Shown: positions 45,590-59,523 of the stretch, piece after piece
Layout of the letters: each line of letters begins with the position of its first letter
Position numbering within the stretch: the stretch's first letter is position 1
Assembly (NCBI GenBank): GCA_001661245.1
Contig: KV454015.1
Coordinates: forward strand, 732,924 to 796,923
Reading direction: 5' to 3'
Source: Pachysolen tannophilus NRRL Y-2460
Taxonomy: Eukaryota
Length of the DNA: 64,000 nt
Made by a program: the position numbers and the translations under genes
Notes under the pieces: model-generated
Database searches by the model: none
Told to the model about the DNA's origin: nothing
Seen by the model: the letters and a program-made list of their open reading frames with translations, nothing else

Positions 45590-46066
45590 TCAACGGACAT
45601 TAGTCAATGTATCTAATTCTATGATATACTTCCCCTCTTTAAATTTTTGATTTTTATCCTCACTTTTCAAATATTTCCATCCAATATATCTATGACACTG
45701 GTGGCATTTAATGTCACAAGCAACGTATCTCCCAGTGATCATTGTTCTAACATTAGGTTCACCCAAGATAACATTAACAACATCTTTCACCAAATAGGCA
45801 TCACCTGTCCTACCCCTGTAACCATCACTAATAATCAAAGAAGATACAGAAAGGTGTGTTAAACAACTACGGCAGCCATAAGTGCATAATTTTGTACTGC
45901 TTGATTTGCCATTAACAAGGCATGAGGCCGATGAAAATGATGATAATGACGAAAAAGATGAATTGAAACTGCTAATTGAAGAACGTGCAGATTTGCTGAA
46001 TAGCGAATTGGAAGAACGGTTATCATCCTCATCTGTATCAAAAAATTCTGAATAACGAAGACCCAT
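45590..46066 (-). CDS. MOH1: Yippee-like zinc-binding protein (ATG at 46066)
   Basis: MGLRYS, YGCRSC.THLS, GRTGDAYL, MITG, C..C..IGWKY, KEGKYIIE. Confidence 0.92.
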   Translation of the reverse strand: MGLRYSEFFDTDEDDNRSSNSLFSKSARSSISSFNSSFSSLSSFSSASCLVNGKSSSTKLCTYGCRSCLTHLSVSSLIISDGYRGRTGDAYLVKDVVNVILGEPNVRTMITGRYVACDIKCHQCHRYIGWKYLKSEDKNQKFKEGKYIIELDTLTNVR

Positions 46067-46649
46067 GATTCTTATAACTGTATAACTGTAATAATAAACT
46101 ATGAAAAATTTGAATACAAAGAAAGAAAGAAAGAAAAATAAAAAAATTTCACTGATAGCGCTATTCCTTGTAATTATAAGAAGTAGAGGGTTGGAGGAAA
46201 TAAATACTGTCACGGGAACTCACTTAAGATCCAGAGCAGTAGACTTTGACTATACCAAAATTAATCTTAATAAACTTATTGACATATGGAATTTGAAAAA
46301 TTTTTCATCAAACTGAATATCATTAAATAATCTATATAAAGTATACTTAGGATGTCGTAATCTATATAGCATAGCACTGAGCCTATATATAACTAACTGA
46401 TAAATACGATGAATCCAAAAAAAACAAAAAAAACAAAAAAACAATTAAAAAAACTTCCTAAACCGGTAATTTTTAATTGACTTCTTTAATTAGTAATTCT
46501 GGTTTTCTTTGCTTTCTATTTTTGGTTTTTGTTTCTGAGATAACGGTCCTATAGTGTGAACAAAGGTAGACTTGGAATGGAAGAAGTTGGTTTAATAAAT
46601 TGGTTTGAATAAAATGGGTTGATGGTGTAGAAGCGAAAGGTGTCTTATA

Positions 46650-48395
46650 ATGTCTAGCTTAGTGTCAAAGAAGAATAATTTGGGTGGTGAGGTAGTTGAA
46701 GCTCATGAGCAAGTACCTTTAATTGAAGATGCGGTGTTGGACCGTGAGACCAACTTATCGTTACCATCTTCTTCACCGGTGTATTCTGGGAAAATTAATA
46801 ACTATACAGGGTTGAATTTTTTAGGATTTTCAGTATCTTGTTTTTTCAATATTGCCTTTATTGTGTTTTTAACTTCTTCGCAAACTTATTTTATGACTGA
46901 TGTGTTGGGGATTTCTGAAAAATTAGGTAGTTATGTTGGAAAATTGGGGTTTTATGATGAATTATTATCAATGGCTTTGGTTCCATTTATTGGTGCATTG
47001 TGTGATAAAATTGGATCAAGACCAATTGAGTGTTTTGGAGTGTTGATTATGGGGTTAAGTTTTATTGGTGTTGCATTTTTCGTAAAAAATTCGGTTTTCC
47101 CAGGAATGTTAATTTGGAGATTAGTTTTCTCTATTGGCGTTACATCTGCAATGAGTGTTGTTACGGTTATGTTAATTGAGTTAAACAATTCCAATTTTGT
47201 AGTTTCAGATTTATTCAATTTTGAAAAAAATATGTTTAATAGAGCAAATACTGAAAATATTGAATCCTCATCATCGATTCCATCTTCTAAAGGTGGGAAA
47301 CAAACTTCATTAATTGGTATATTCAGTGGTCTTGGTGCCATTTTTGCAGTTTTCTTTTTCTTAAGGTTACCAATTTCATTTGGACGTCAAAATGATCCTA
47401 GTGATGCTTTGAAAAAAACATATTACACAGTTGGTTTGACCGCAATAATAATATCGGGCTTACTATTTACAATATTGTATAAAGACGATAGTAAGAGAGT
47501 GTCTTCTGATAACCCTGATAGTTCTGGTAATGGGAACTATAATAGTTCTGCTGCTGCTTCTGCTGCTGCAGTGTTTAATAGTTTAGAGCGAGGCGAAGAA
47601 GAGGCATTTGACGAGAATGCGGGTTTTTTGGAACTAGATAAAGATATTAGTTATTCGAAAACTTTGGAAAGAGGTTTTAGTATCGCAATACAAAACCCAA
47701 CAGTATTAATGTCATATTTGGGTTCTTTTATGGCTAGGCTTACTACAATCACAACATCGGTGTTCATTCCATTTTACGTTAACAATTATTTTTATCAGTC
47801 GGGGAAATGTTCAACTTTTGAAACTGATAAAAGCCGTTGTCCAGAATCATATATTTTATCATCCATATTAACAGGCATAGCGCAGACCGTGGCATTAATA
47901 TGTGGACCTTTTGTTGGAATTTTAATTGATAGATCGAAGAATCAACTGCATTTACTAGTGATGACAAGTGGTATTAGCATGTTATGTTCTCTTGGCCTAA
48001 GTTTCATTTCGAAACCTGATGAATCAACTCTGATTTATTTCTATGTTTGTATGCTCGGATTTACTCAAATCAGTTTCATCATAATTTCAATGACTCTATT
48101 ATCGAACATAAATTCAAGAGAGAACTACTACAAATCCAAAGGTTCAATGAGTGGTGTATATACATTGTTCGGTGGATTTGGAATTTTAGTGATGAATATA
48201 ACTGGAGGTTATATAGGAGATTGGTTTATCAGTGGGCCTTTTGTATTGTTATTCTTGAGTAACTTGGTATTTGTTGGAGGTATGTTCTTGCTTAGAGGTG
48301 TAAAAGAAGATCCAGAGAGAAATTGCACAAGAATTTCAAATGATATAAAAGAATATGGATTATTTAGGTTTTTATTTGATCGCCAAGGACTTTAA
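46650..48395 (+). CDS. MFS-type membrane transporter, substrate unknown
   Basis: About 12 hydrophobic segments; GALCDKIGSR motif A. Confidence 0.85.
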   Translation: MSSLVSKKNNLGGEVVEAHEQVPLIEDAVLDRETNLSLPSSSPVYSGKINNYTGLNFLGFSVSCFFNIAFIVFLTSSQTYFMTDVLGISEKLGSYVGKLGFYDELLSMALVPFIGALCDKIGSRPIECFGVLIMGLSFIGVAFFVKNSVFPGMLIWRLVFSIGVTSAMSVVTVMLIELNNSNFVVSDLFNFEKNMFNRANTENIESSSSIPSSKGGKQTSLIGIFSGLGAIFAVFFFLRLPISFGRQNDPSDALKKTYYTVGLTAIIISGLLFTILYKDDSKRVSSDNPDSSGNGNYNSSAAASAAAVFNSLERGEEEAFDENAGFLELDKDISYSKTLERGFSIAIQNPTVLMSYLGSFMARLTTITTSVFIPFYVNNYFYQSGKCSTFETDKSRCPESYILSSILTGIAQTVALICGPFVGILIDRSKNQLHLLVMTSGISMLCSLGLSFISKPDESTLIYFYVCMLGFTQISFIIISMTLLSNINSRENYYKSKGSMSGVYTLFGGFGILVMNITGGYIGDWFISGPFVLLFLSNLVFVGGMFLLRGVKEDPERNCTRISNDIKEYGLFRFLFDRQGL

Positions 48396-48818
48396 AAGAG
48401 AATGTAGTTGTTTAATTCTTTTTTTTTTTTTTTTTCTTTTTTTGCTTCTTTTTTTTTGTCTTGAAATGCTCCTTTCATTTTGAAGCATACAATTGAATAT
48501 CAACTTCATTTAATGTAGCTGTTGTGGTTCAAATTTAGTATGTAGAGTATTGATAACAGGAAGACACATCTGACATGTGACATCTGATGCATGACTGCAT
48601 TAGATGTCACTGATATGAAGATGATGTATCTTATTTTTCATTTTGATCAAATGTTGGAATTTATATCATTTATAAATTAATGATTTCTACGTTTCTATTA
48701 AGTTCTAAGATCTGAATCATATATAAACAAGACTTTTTTCCACGCGATTTAATCTAAATGGGTTTTATTCTCTGTGTTTTTTTTCGACAAGTTTCTTCAG
48801 CGGAAAATAGACGTGAAA

Positions 48819-49763
48819 ATGGATAGTTTTCGTATAGTTAATGATTTCACAGATGATGAGTGCAAGAGGCTCTCAAAAGTAATTAAGCATAGTCTTTTAG
48901 ATGGCATGACAATAATGATTGATGCATCATGGCTAATGGTTACTGATGAAAGCACCGAATATGTAAGTATATTCTAGTAGAACATCGAATGGCAAAATTT
49001 TCTTTATATACAACTCTACTAACATTTTTTTTTAATTAAGATTTCGCAATTTAAATTTGTGGTATTATACCTGCTATACCTAAGAGTTGGCTCTTTAGAG
49101 CCTTCTAATCTATATGAAGCCGTTGTTTTATTTGCAAATTCTATTAGAGAAGTAATGCATTTTTTTTATAACAATCCAGAAATGGATAAGATTTACCATG
49201 AAGATATCGATCTGATAATTAATTTATTAACTGGTATCCCTACTTCTGAATTATTGAACATCACCAGAGAAAGAGCATTGAAATCCTTACCAAGATTGAG
49301 AAAGTTGAAACTTTCTGATTATTACAATTATTTAGAGGAATTATATTTTTATGAAAATGATACAAACAATTTCAGCAACAGAGAAGAAGATGAATACGAA
49401 TTGAATTCTAGTGGGTTTCAAAAAATAGATGATTTTTCAGATACCGATTCTGATAAAGAGAATATCAGTACATCTCCAATATATAATAACGATTTAACTT
49501 GTTTTTCTTTAGAAAAAAATAATAACCGAGAAATTTTAGGGGACATAACGAGATCTTCAAAAACTAATATCATTCCACCTGAATGTACTTCCAATCTAGG
49601 TCCACCAATTTCGTTTCACGAAGTGACTTCCAATTACGATTACTTACAAAAATCTTCACAAATTTTTCAGGACTCTGCTCAAAAAAGCACTTCAAGGTCT
49701 CAAGATGATTTTGAAATCGATTGGCTAGTTACAAAATTGGCAAACGCTTTACGAATACCTTGA
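48819..49763 (+). CDS. Two-exon orphan protein; exons 48819-48962 and 49041-49763 (about 288 aa)
   Basis: GTAAGT 48963, TACTAAC 49017 and AAG 49038-49040 join two track ORFs in frame. Confidence 0.7.
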
Positions 49764-49782
49764 AGGGTATATCCTAAAAATA

Positions 49783-49966
49783 TGATGTAGGGTGTTATTT
49801 CTAGTGTGGTGTGTGTTATGTGGTGTAAACTATGTGGTGTAGTGTGTGGTGTAGTGTATTATGTAGGATGTTATGTAAGGTGTGATGTAGGGTGTAATGT
49901 AGGGTGTGGTGAACACGCGGTTTAAAAAACTTACACCACTCACACCACTCACACCATTGACACCAG
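49783..49966. repeat. Degenerate 12-nt TG-rich array followed by a 9-nt CA-rich array
   Basis: ATGTAGGATGTT-ATGTAAGGTGTG-ATGTAGGGTGTA-ATGTAGGGTGTG at 49861-49908; CACACCACT-like units at 49930-49966. Confidence 0.85.
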
Positions 49967-50477
49967 TAAACATTTTATTTTAATCTAATATTGTTGATCT
50001 CTTTCTACTATTGCTTTCCGTATTGGTGATATTCATTAACGTATTTAATAATTTTACTTCATAACTATGAAACCAGCAAGTCAATTTTTCTTGTAGTTTT
50101 TCAGAATAGTGAATCTAGATTTCGCAAAATGGGACCATAGTTGATCTGCATGAGGACCGCAGCACATGATGTAAATGGAGACACCTTTAGCAAAACATCA
50201 TGAAATTCACCTTGTAATCATGTCAACAACTTGGAAAAAAAAAACAGTAACAAATGTTTTTTTTTTTTAACCACTATTCCGAACAAAGGGAAAAAAATAA
50301 AAGCAAGAATTTAGTTTCTGAAATTGCACCAAGAACATGGCAAATTGTGAAATTTTAACCTCTACACTGAAAAGCTTGTTAATGTAAAATAACAAAATAA
50401 TAATAATATATAAAGTGTTTTTTGAAATAAAAGTCAATTAACGGAAAGAAAAAAAAAAAAATGATACAGAAAATGAT

Positions 50478-51134
50478 TTAAATTTTAGCTTTAACTTCAT
50501 CTAATTGTTTATGATATTTTTGAATAAATTTGATAGCTTCCTTTCTCTTAATACGTAAATCACTATCACCTAAAGTGTCAACTTCATCTAAGTACATCAA
50601 ATGCTTCAAGAAGCTTTCATTAAAAAATAAGTATTGGTAAGAAACATCGTCTTCTTTTTTTAAACCTTCAGTATTGCCTTTAAACTTATCAAAATATCCT
50701 TCTTCAAATTTTCGGATAAAAACATTGAACAGGGGAATTATATTTTCCCTGACATCTTTTAAAATAGTCTCAATCTTTAAGCTTGCTAACTCATGTGGTG
50801 ACACTTTCTGGACTTCTTCCAGTTGTGGAGATGATGAAACTTTCTTTTTGGATCTATTATTTCCACTCTTTTTCTTTTTTTTATCCTTCTTCTTACCAGC
50901 CGTTCCTCGATCTGAATTAGATTTAACAGCGGATTCAGTACTAAACAATCTATTTATTAAAAACATTATTGTTATAATAGTAGCAGTCGATATTCCTATT
51001 AACTTATAATCCCAATTATATTTCTTTATGCTTTCTATCAATTGTTTGAAAACAGGATTGGACCCTATTGAATTATTCAAACTCACAAGCAGCTGATCTT
51101 TAAGACTGATTATGTACTCCAAATGGTTATTCAT
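50478..51134 (-). CDS. SNL1: Membrane-anchored BAG-domain Hsp70 co-chaperone (ATG at 51134)
   Basis: Single TM, Lys-rich linker, BAG end NE..LK.L..LDEVD.LG...LR.KRK..IK.IQ. Confidence 0.75.
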   Translation of the reverse strand: MNNHLEYIISLKDQLLVSLNNSIGSNPVFKQLIESIKKYNWDYKLIGISTATIITIMFLINRLFSTESAVKSNSDRGTAGKKKDKKKKKSGNNRSKKKVSSSPQLEEVQKVSPHELASLKIETILKDVRENIIPLFNVFIRKFEEGYFDKFKGNTEGLKKEDDVSYQYLFFNESFLKHLMYLDEVDTLGDSDLRIKRKEAIKFIQKYHKQLDEVKAKI

Positions 51135-51554
51135 TTGGTCTATAACTTTCACTTGAATTGTCCTATATATGAAGCTTCGGTCGATCTTATTACCTGCAAA
51201 AAAAATAAAAACTAAATAAAATATTCCACTTGATGCTATACAAGTTTTGTTTTTCTTACTTTTTTTTTTTACTTTTTTTCATTTTTTTGGCTTTTTTTAA
51301 CTTGTTAAAGTTTCCCAAGAGAAGCCGAAGCCCTTGAAAAACATAAAGGGAACTCCTTTTAAATCTAAACAGAGACTTAGGCAGGAGTTTTAGGGTTAGT
51401 ATATAATAAAATTATAATACAATAAATGTATTGTTAAAGATGATGATAACCTTGATAGCATTAAAACTTAAAACAATGTCTACAACAAAAGCCAAAAAAA
51501 AAAAAAAAAAAAAAGAAAAGAAATCATAAATGCTCAACAGGGGGTTTAAATTCA

Positions 51555-52010
51555 TTAGGTATCTATGGTCAGAATAAAATAAAACAATAACAGATAGCAT
51601 GCAAAACTTATCATGCTTATAAGTAGCACAAAATTCCCGCTGGTCTTGAAATATACCTTGTCCGTATCTTCATCATAGTAGCCTTCATTTATATAGTGAT
51701 CGACATTACCATTTGAATGCTGAATTTCTTTCAAGATGTATAGGTCTATATTTTGTAATCGCACCAAACTTATTAGAAATAATATCATACTGTAAACTGT
51801 ATATAATACTCCAATTTTTAAAAATTTCTCAGAGAAAAGTTTCAATATTAATAATGCAAACGATAAAAGACCAATTGTGGACCTGATATAAGCTCCTTGA
51901 TAAGTTCGTTGATGAGCTCTGATATCTAATTTTTGGGCTTTGGTTGATAAATATGTTAACCGTGAAGGTCTTCGGAAATTTGATAAATGGGAATCATCTG
52001 TACCAGACAT
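51555..52010 (-). CDS. DUF202/YidH-like small membrane protein
   Basis: RAHQRTY.GAY.R; three TM segments; F.TSG. Confidence 0.75.
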   Translation of the reverse strand: MSGTDDSHLSNFRRPSRLTYLSTKAQKLDIRAHQRTYQGAYIRSTIGLLSFALLILKLFSEKFLKIGVLYTVYSMILFLISLVRLQNIDLYILKEIQHSNGNVDHYINEGYYDEDTDKVYFKTSGNFVLLISMISFACYLLLFYFILTIDT

Positions 52011-52408
52011 CTTAATTTAATTAAAATCTTTTATTTTAATTTCAATCTAATCCAGCTATGTGCAATGGTTTACCACAGTAAGACTAATTATATAGTTGTT
52101 ATTTGATCATCAGCTTTTTATCCTAAAATAATGGTATTTTAGAAATATCATTTAAAATAAAATAAAGACTAATTAATTTTCGCGCTTAATAGTTATCAAT
52201 ACAACATACAATATGGTGGTAAATATTAATGATTTACTCAAATTTCAACCAAATTATACAATATGAAAAAAAAAAATTTAATACTTATTTATTAGAGAAA
52301 GAAGAACACCCGGTGATATAATTATAAAAATATTTAAAAAACAAATAACAAAAATCAAACTACAATAAACAAGAAAACAACCAGCTTTATGATGATGAAG
52401 AAAAATTT

Positions 52409-55432
<3,024 letters not shown>

Positions 55433-55521
55433 CTATCTTTTCTTCTATTTCGAAAAAAATAATTAGAAACTAGAAATTAAGTAAAATGAATATCTGAATA
55501 CTTGAAGCTGAAAAAAAGACG

Positions 55522-55597
55522 ACGCGTAAATATTTTTTTAACTTTATGCATCAAATATTTCGTTAATTAAGAACATTTCCTTTCTTGGAAATAATTA
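55522..55597. promoter_or_regulatory. MCM6 upstream cell-cycle module: MCB, ECB-like Mcm1 site and TAATTA sites
   Basis: ACGCGT 55522-55527; TTTCCTTTCTTGGAAA 55576-55591; TAATTA on both sides. Confidence 0.6.
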
Positions 55598-55727
55598 AAT
55601 ATCTACACGACTTGCTAAATACATACCATTAGAGAGTTTAATGGTGAAGAAATATACAACAATGATGTTTGGATATAATGGTGGAAAGAAGGAAAAGATG
55701 GAAAAGATGGAAAAGAATTGGAGGTTT

Positions 55728-57818
55728 CTAAGCAATGGTTCCTAAACTCCATAATAGAATTTGTAGGAAAAACTGTAATGACCAAAACGTAATTTTCTTT
55801 GCTCTTTCTGTTCTGACCTGTTCATCAGCAACGTAGTTAACAAACGCATCATAAACCTCTGCACTGATATCATCCATTAATAACGAGTCGTAAATGGTCC
55901 AGGAACCATCAAAGTCCTGAATATTCTTGATCACTTGACATTTTATGGCGATATAAGTTTTCTTTGAATTTATGTAACCAACAATAGGTCTGATAAGGGC
56001 ACTATTAACATAAGAGAGTTCTGGAGTAAATAAGGGAACTGCAGCTCTTACGTTTCTTAAACGGATTTGTAAATCAAGAACGAAATATTTTGAGATATCT
56101 TTCTTGATATTTTCTTCTGTTGAAACCTGTGTGTTTTGACCAGTTTTGGATGCCAGCAGTTCCAACTCCAGTTGCTGCAGTTGCAGCATCTTCAGCAGTT
56201 CTACTTGTTGCAGAGCGGTGGAAAAACGGTTTTTATGTGCATGGTAATATCTACTTGTCTCCTTTGATATGCTTTTCGCAATAATTGATACAACTTCTTT
56301 TATATTCAAACTTTCTTCTTCTGGAACCATAATATCTCCTATCATATCAACATTACCACTAGAAATCCAACCAAAAGGTCCATCTAGTCCGGTGTTAAGA
56401 TGATCAACATTCAAGTTATCTACCCTTAACCTTGTTACCCTTTTCCATGGTGAGTTTTCTTCATCATTATTACTATCATAATTATTATCATTAAATCTAA
56501 AATTACTTTGCTCATTAAAATCATTAAATCGTTGCTTTTTATGTATGGTAAATAATGAATCATCATATGTACCTGACATGTTTCTAGCATTTAATATATC
56601 GTAAAACAACCAGTTCTTACGTAAAATTGGTAAATCAGCATTGAAAATACTGACATTGAATACTCTAAAATTATTAGGTTGCATTAATGTAAATAAAACA
56701 TCTTCCATTTTAAAATTTTCAATTTCCCAATCACCAGGTTGATGTATATTTTTATAATTTGTTGCTAAATCTCCTTCTTCCCAATAAACATGGGCTCTAT
56801 CAATAACACCTCTCATTCCTTTCACTTCAACTTCTTTTAATATTCCTTTCCCATTCACCCATTTGCTAAAAGAAAGTGATACACTTACTTCGTCTATTGT
56901 CAAATCGAATTGCGTATAGTTACCGTCATCGTATTCTTCTTCGTCATTATTATTATCCTTTTTATCCTTAATAGAAGTAACAGCAGCAGCAGCTGCTGCA
57001 GCTGCTGCTACAGCATTTGTTTGGGAACCTTTTTCAAATTTTTTCTGACTTGCTGGTCTTCTACAAACAAAACATTTTTTAAATAAAATTTTCCCATCTC
57101 TCCAACTTGGAACAATTGCACTTTCAAAAATAACAGTTAATTTGGAATTTTTTGTTATGAAATTACCAATGGCTTTGGCAACAAACTCTTGAGCAAAAAC
57201 AGTATTAACAGTATATAAAACTAACGAAACAAAAGTTGTTGTACCAACAATAATCAAGGCAACATTACCAATAACGATCCAAGAAAAAAATGCACTAAAA
57301 TCATCTGTATTGAAAGGCCTCACACTTTTTATCAATAACCATTTCAACCTGATATATAATTTTTCAGGAAAATTTTTCGCCATTTGCAACAACTCTTCTC
57401 TAGAAACAGATTTTCTAGGTGTTTGTATTGTGTTTTGTTTCCCATTTGAATCAATACTTTCTTCATTTTTCATTTGCACATCAGAATCAATTTTTTTACT
57501 TTCTTCTTTCTTATCTCCCAATTTCGAATTTGATTTTGATTTTGATTCTGATTCGGATTCTGATTCCGAAGTGACATAGTTCCTAGTCAATTGAAAACAA
57601 TACAGAGATTTGAAAATGATACCATGACCTCTAGTTATACCGCCTTTATTGAAAAGTGTAAAAGCTCTATTGACATTACTACCACTGTTTAAAAACCGGT
57701 ACGAAATCATCGAAGTACTTGCAAAACATCTCGGTGTGGTATTCAAGGAAACCCTTGCTAAACGCCATGTTTGTCTTATCGGCAGTTGGACACCTGATAT
57801 CCCTAATCTCGTTAACAT
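55728..57818 (-). CDS. MDM31: Mitochondrial inner-membrane morphology protein (ATG at 57818)
   Basis: RPFNTDD..AFFSW, DDGNYTQFDLTI, FDGSWTIYDS; basic presequence. Confidence 0.92.
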   Translation of the reverse strand: MLTRLGISGVQLPIRQTWRLARVSLNTTPRCFASTSMISYRFLNSGSNVNRAFTLFNKGGITRGHGIIFKSLYCFQLTRNYVTSESESESESKSKSNSKLGDKKEESKKIDSDVQMKNEESIDSNGKQNTIQTPRKSVSREELLQMAKNFPEKLYIRLKWLLIKSVRPFNTDDFSAFFSWIVIGNVALIIVGTTTFVSLVLYTVNTVFAQEFVAKAIGNFITKNSKLTVIFESAIVPSWRDGKILFKKCFVCRRPASQKKFEKGSQTNAVAAAAAAAAAVTSIKDKKDNNNDEEEYDDGNYTQFDLTIDEVSVSLSFSKWVNGKGILKEVEVKGMRGVIDRAHVYWEEGDLATNYKNIHQPGDWEIENFKMEDVLFTLMQPNNFRVFNVSIFNADLPILRKNWLFYDILNARNMSGTYDDSLFTIHKKQRFNDFNEQSNFRFNDNNYDSNNDEENSPWKRVTRLRVDNLNVDHLNTGLDGPFGWISSGNVDMIGDIMVPEEESLNIKEVVSIIAKSISKETSRYYHAHKNRFSTALQQVELLKMLQLQQLELELLASKTGQNTQVSTEENIKKDISKYFVLDLQIRLRNVRAAVPLFTPELSYVNSALIRPIVGYINSKKTYIAIKCQVIKNIQDFDGSWTIYDSLLMDDISAEVYDAFVNYVADEQVRTERAKKITFWSLQFFLQILLWSLGTIA

Positions 57819-58404
57819 ATAGGCCCAAAAAAAAGACACTTTTGTGTTGATTAAATTAACTATTTTCCATCCATATATGCATGAAAAATATGGGGAAAAA
57901 GTTGACAATTTATTTTTTTTTTAATTGATAATTCTCTCTTTTATATCCTTTCAAAACTTCAAACAAAATTCAGAATAATAAGAATATACACTAAACAGAG
58001 AAAACTCTTTAAAAAATGAACAAAATTAACCCAAAAAACCAAACCCCTCTTTAATATTTATAATAAAATATCTTTTTTATTTTATTTTGAAGAGTTGTCT
58101 TTTCAACTTTGTGTTTTAATTTAAGTACTGCAAATTAAAAAAAATTTTACCTATAGAAAACATTGATTTTTCAAATACGACCAGGTTTTTCCAATTGGTG
58201 AAACCGATATTGATTGAATTAACTCTATTAATATGAGTTTAGAAGTTACAGGAAGAAGAAAAATTAGGAAAGGAGTTGGATTTGGATTGTGTTAAAATAC
58301 AGCAAGAAAGAAAGAAAAAAAAAAAAAAGAAAGAAAGAAAGAAAGAAAAAGGGGAAAAGAGTCTTAATTAAACATCAAAACACAATTGTAATATTAAAAT
58401 CACC

Positions 58405-59523
58405 TTACCTTCTAGTAGATCCATAACCTTTATTAGCCATAGATTTCTCTAATGTATCCCAAAAGGATTCCACAATTTGCAAATCTTTGAAGCGGCGGTT
58501 TTTATCTATGCTTATGACATTTATGTTACCCCATTCTTCGATTTGTTTTGGAACTTTATCACCATAATTTACAAAGAACCCAGGATATTGTCTAAACAAT
58601 TTATTTGGGTTGGATTGTGGGTAACTTTTGAATTGCCATTTTTGCCCAGTGGTAAAGATTGCCACAACTCTTCTCCAATAATCTGGTTTATTAAAAAATT
58701 TATCAGTGTTTTCAATAATTAAAAAGGACATTGGACCAAATCTTGTTTGTTTTTTCAATTTCACTATACCATTGTTCACCGTCGATACAGTTGGTGGTTC
58801 AAAGACTCCATCTTTTAAGAATCTTACCACATTACCCAAGTTTATTATTGATGAAGAAGCCGGAGATAAAATGATAATTGGATCTTTGGAAGTATCTTGA
58901 GTAATTGTTGATAATGAAGAAGAATACAAGTTTACTGGATGGGATTTTGTACCATCCACCAGGTTGGAAGCAGAAGGTTTTTTACCCTTTGTTAATGGAT
59001 AGATAATCTTATTCTGTGCAATTTTTATAAGATTATTATAATCGGTTCCTCTATATTGACTAGGAATTTCTCTTTCATTGGACAATATATCTTCAGTAAA
59101 TTTATCCAACTTTCTTTTCTTGGTTCCAGTTTCTGAAACTTTAGATGCACTATCAGTTGTAGAATCTGCACCAGCAATACTTGTCTTTGTAGTTGATGTT
59201 ATAGTGGAAGCATTTAATAATATTGAAATAAGCTCAGTTCTTTGAATAAATGATAAAGTAGGTATATCCTTATCGTTGGCCAATTTAATATATTCCGTTG
59301 ACGAACTATCTCTATTCAACCATGAAAAATATACCGCTTTCAAAGATTGATTCTGATAATTTGTTATTACATCCAAGTTAAAATTCTTATCGTTGATCAA
59401 CAAAGAGGTAGCCACTGAAATATCATCAACTTCGTTGTTGGCATTATCCAACATCTTTATTGGCGTCTTTTTCTGGATAGCTGACTGAAGCTCCGCTATA
59501 GCAGCATTATCTGGTCCCGGCAT
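58405..59523 (-). CDS. CDC73: Paf1 complex subunit
   Basis: DPIIILSPASSS, KPDYWRRVVAIFTTGQKWQFKSY, RRFKD. Confidence 0.92.
   Translation of the reverse strand: MPGPDNAAIAELQSAIQKKTPIKMLDNANNEVDDISVATSLLINDKNFNLDVITNYQNQSLKAVYFSWLNRDSSSTEYIKLANDKDIPTLSFIQRTELISILLNASTITSTTKTSIAGADSTTDSASKVSETGTKKRKLDKFTEDILSNEREIPSQYRGTDYNNLIKIAQNKIIYPLTKGKKPSASNLVDGTKSHPVNLYSSSLSTITQDTSKDPIIILSPASSSIINLGNVVRFLKDGVFEPPTVSTVNNGIVKLKKQTRFGPMSFLIIENTDKFFNKPDYWRRVVAIFTTGQKWQFKSYPQSNPNKLFRQYPGFFVNYGDKVPKQIEEWGNINVISIDKNRRFKDLQIVESFWDTLEKSMANKGYGSTRR

Noticed and set aside
49930..49966. CA-rich repeat as a telomerase RNA template
   Set aside because: Only about 700 nt of intergenic space; no recognisable pseudoknot or Sm site; species telomere unit unknown
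50101..50222. Possible box C/D snoRNA on the minus strand (ATGATTA ... CTGA)
   Set aside because: Imperfect C box, no terminal stem and no rRNA complementarity that I could identify
51395..51401. Minus-strand TACTAAC upstream of SNL1
   Set aside because: No convincing donor upstream; it overlaps a TTAGGGTTAG Tbf1-like site
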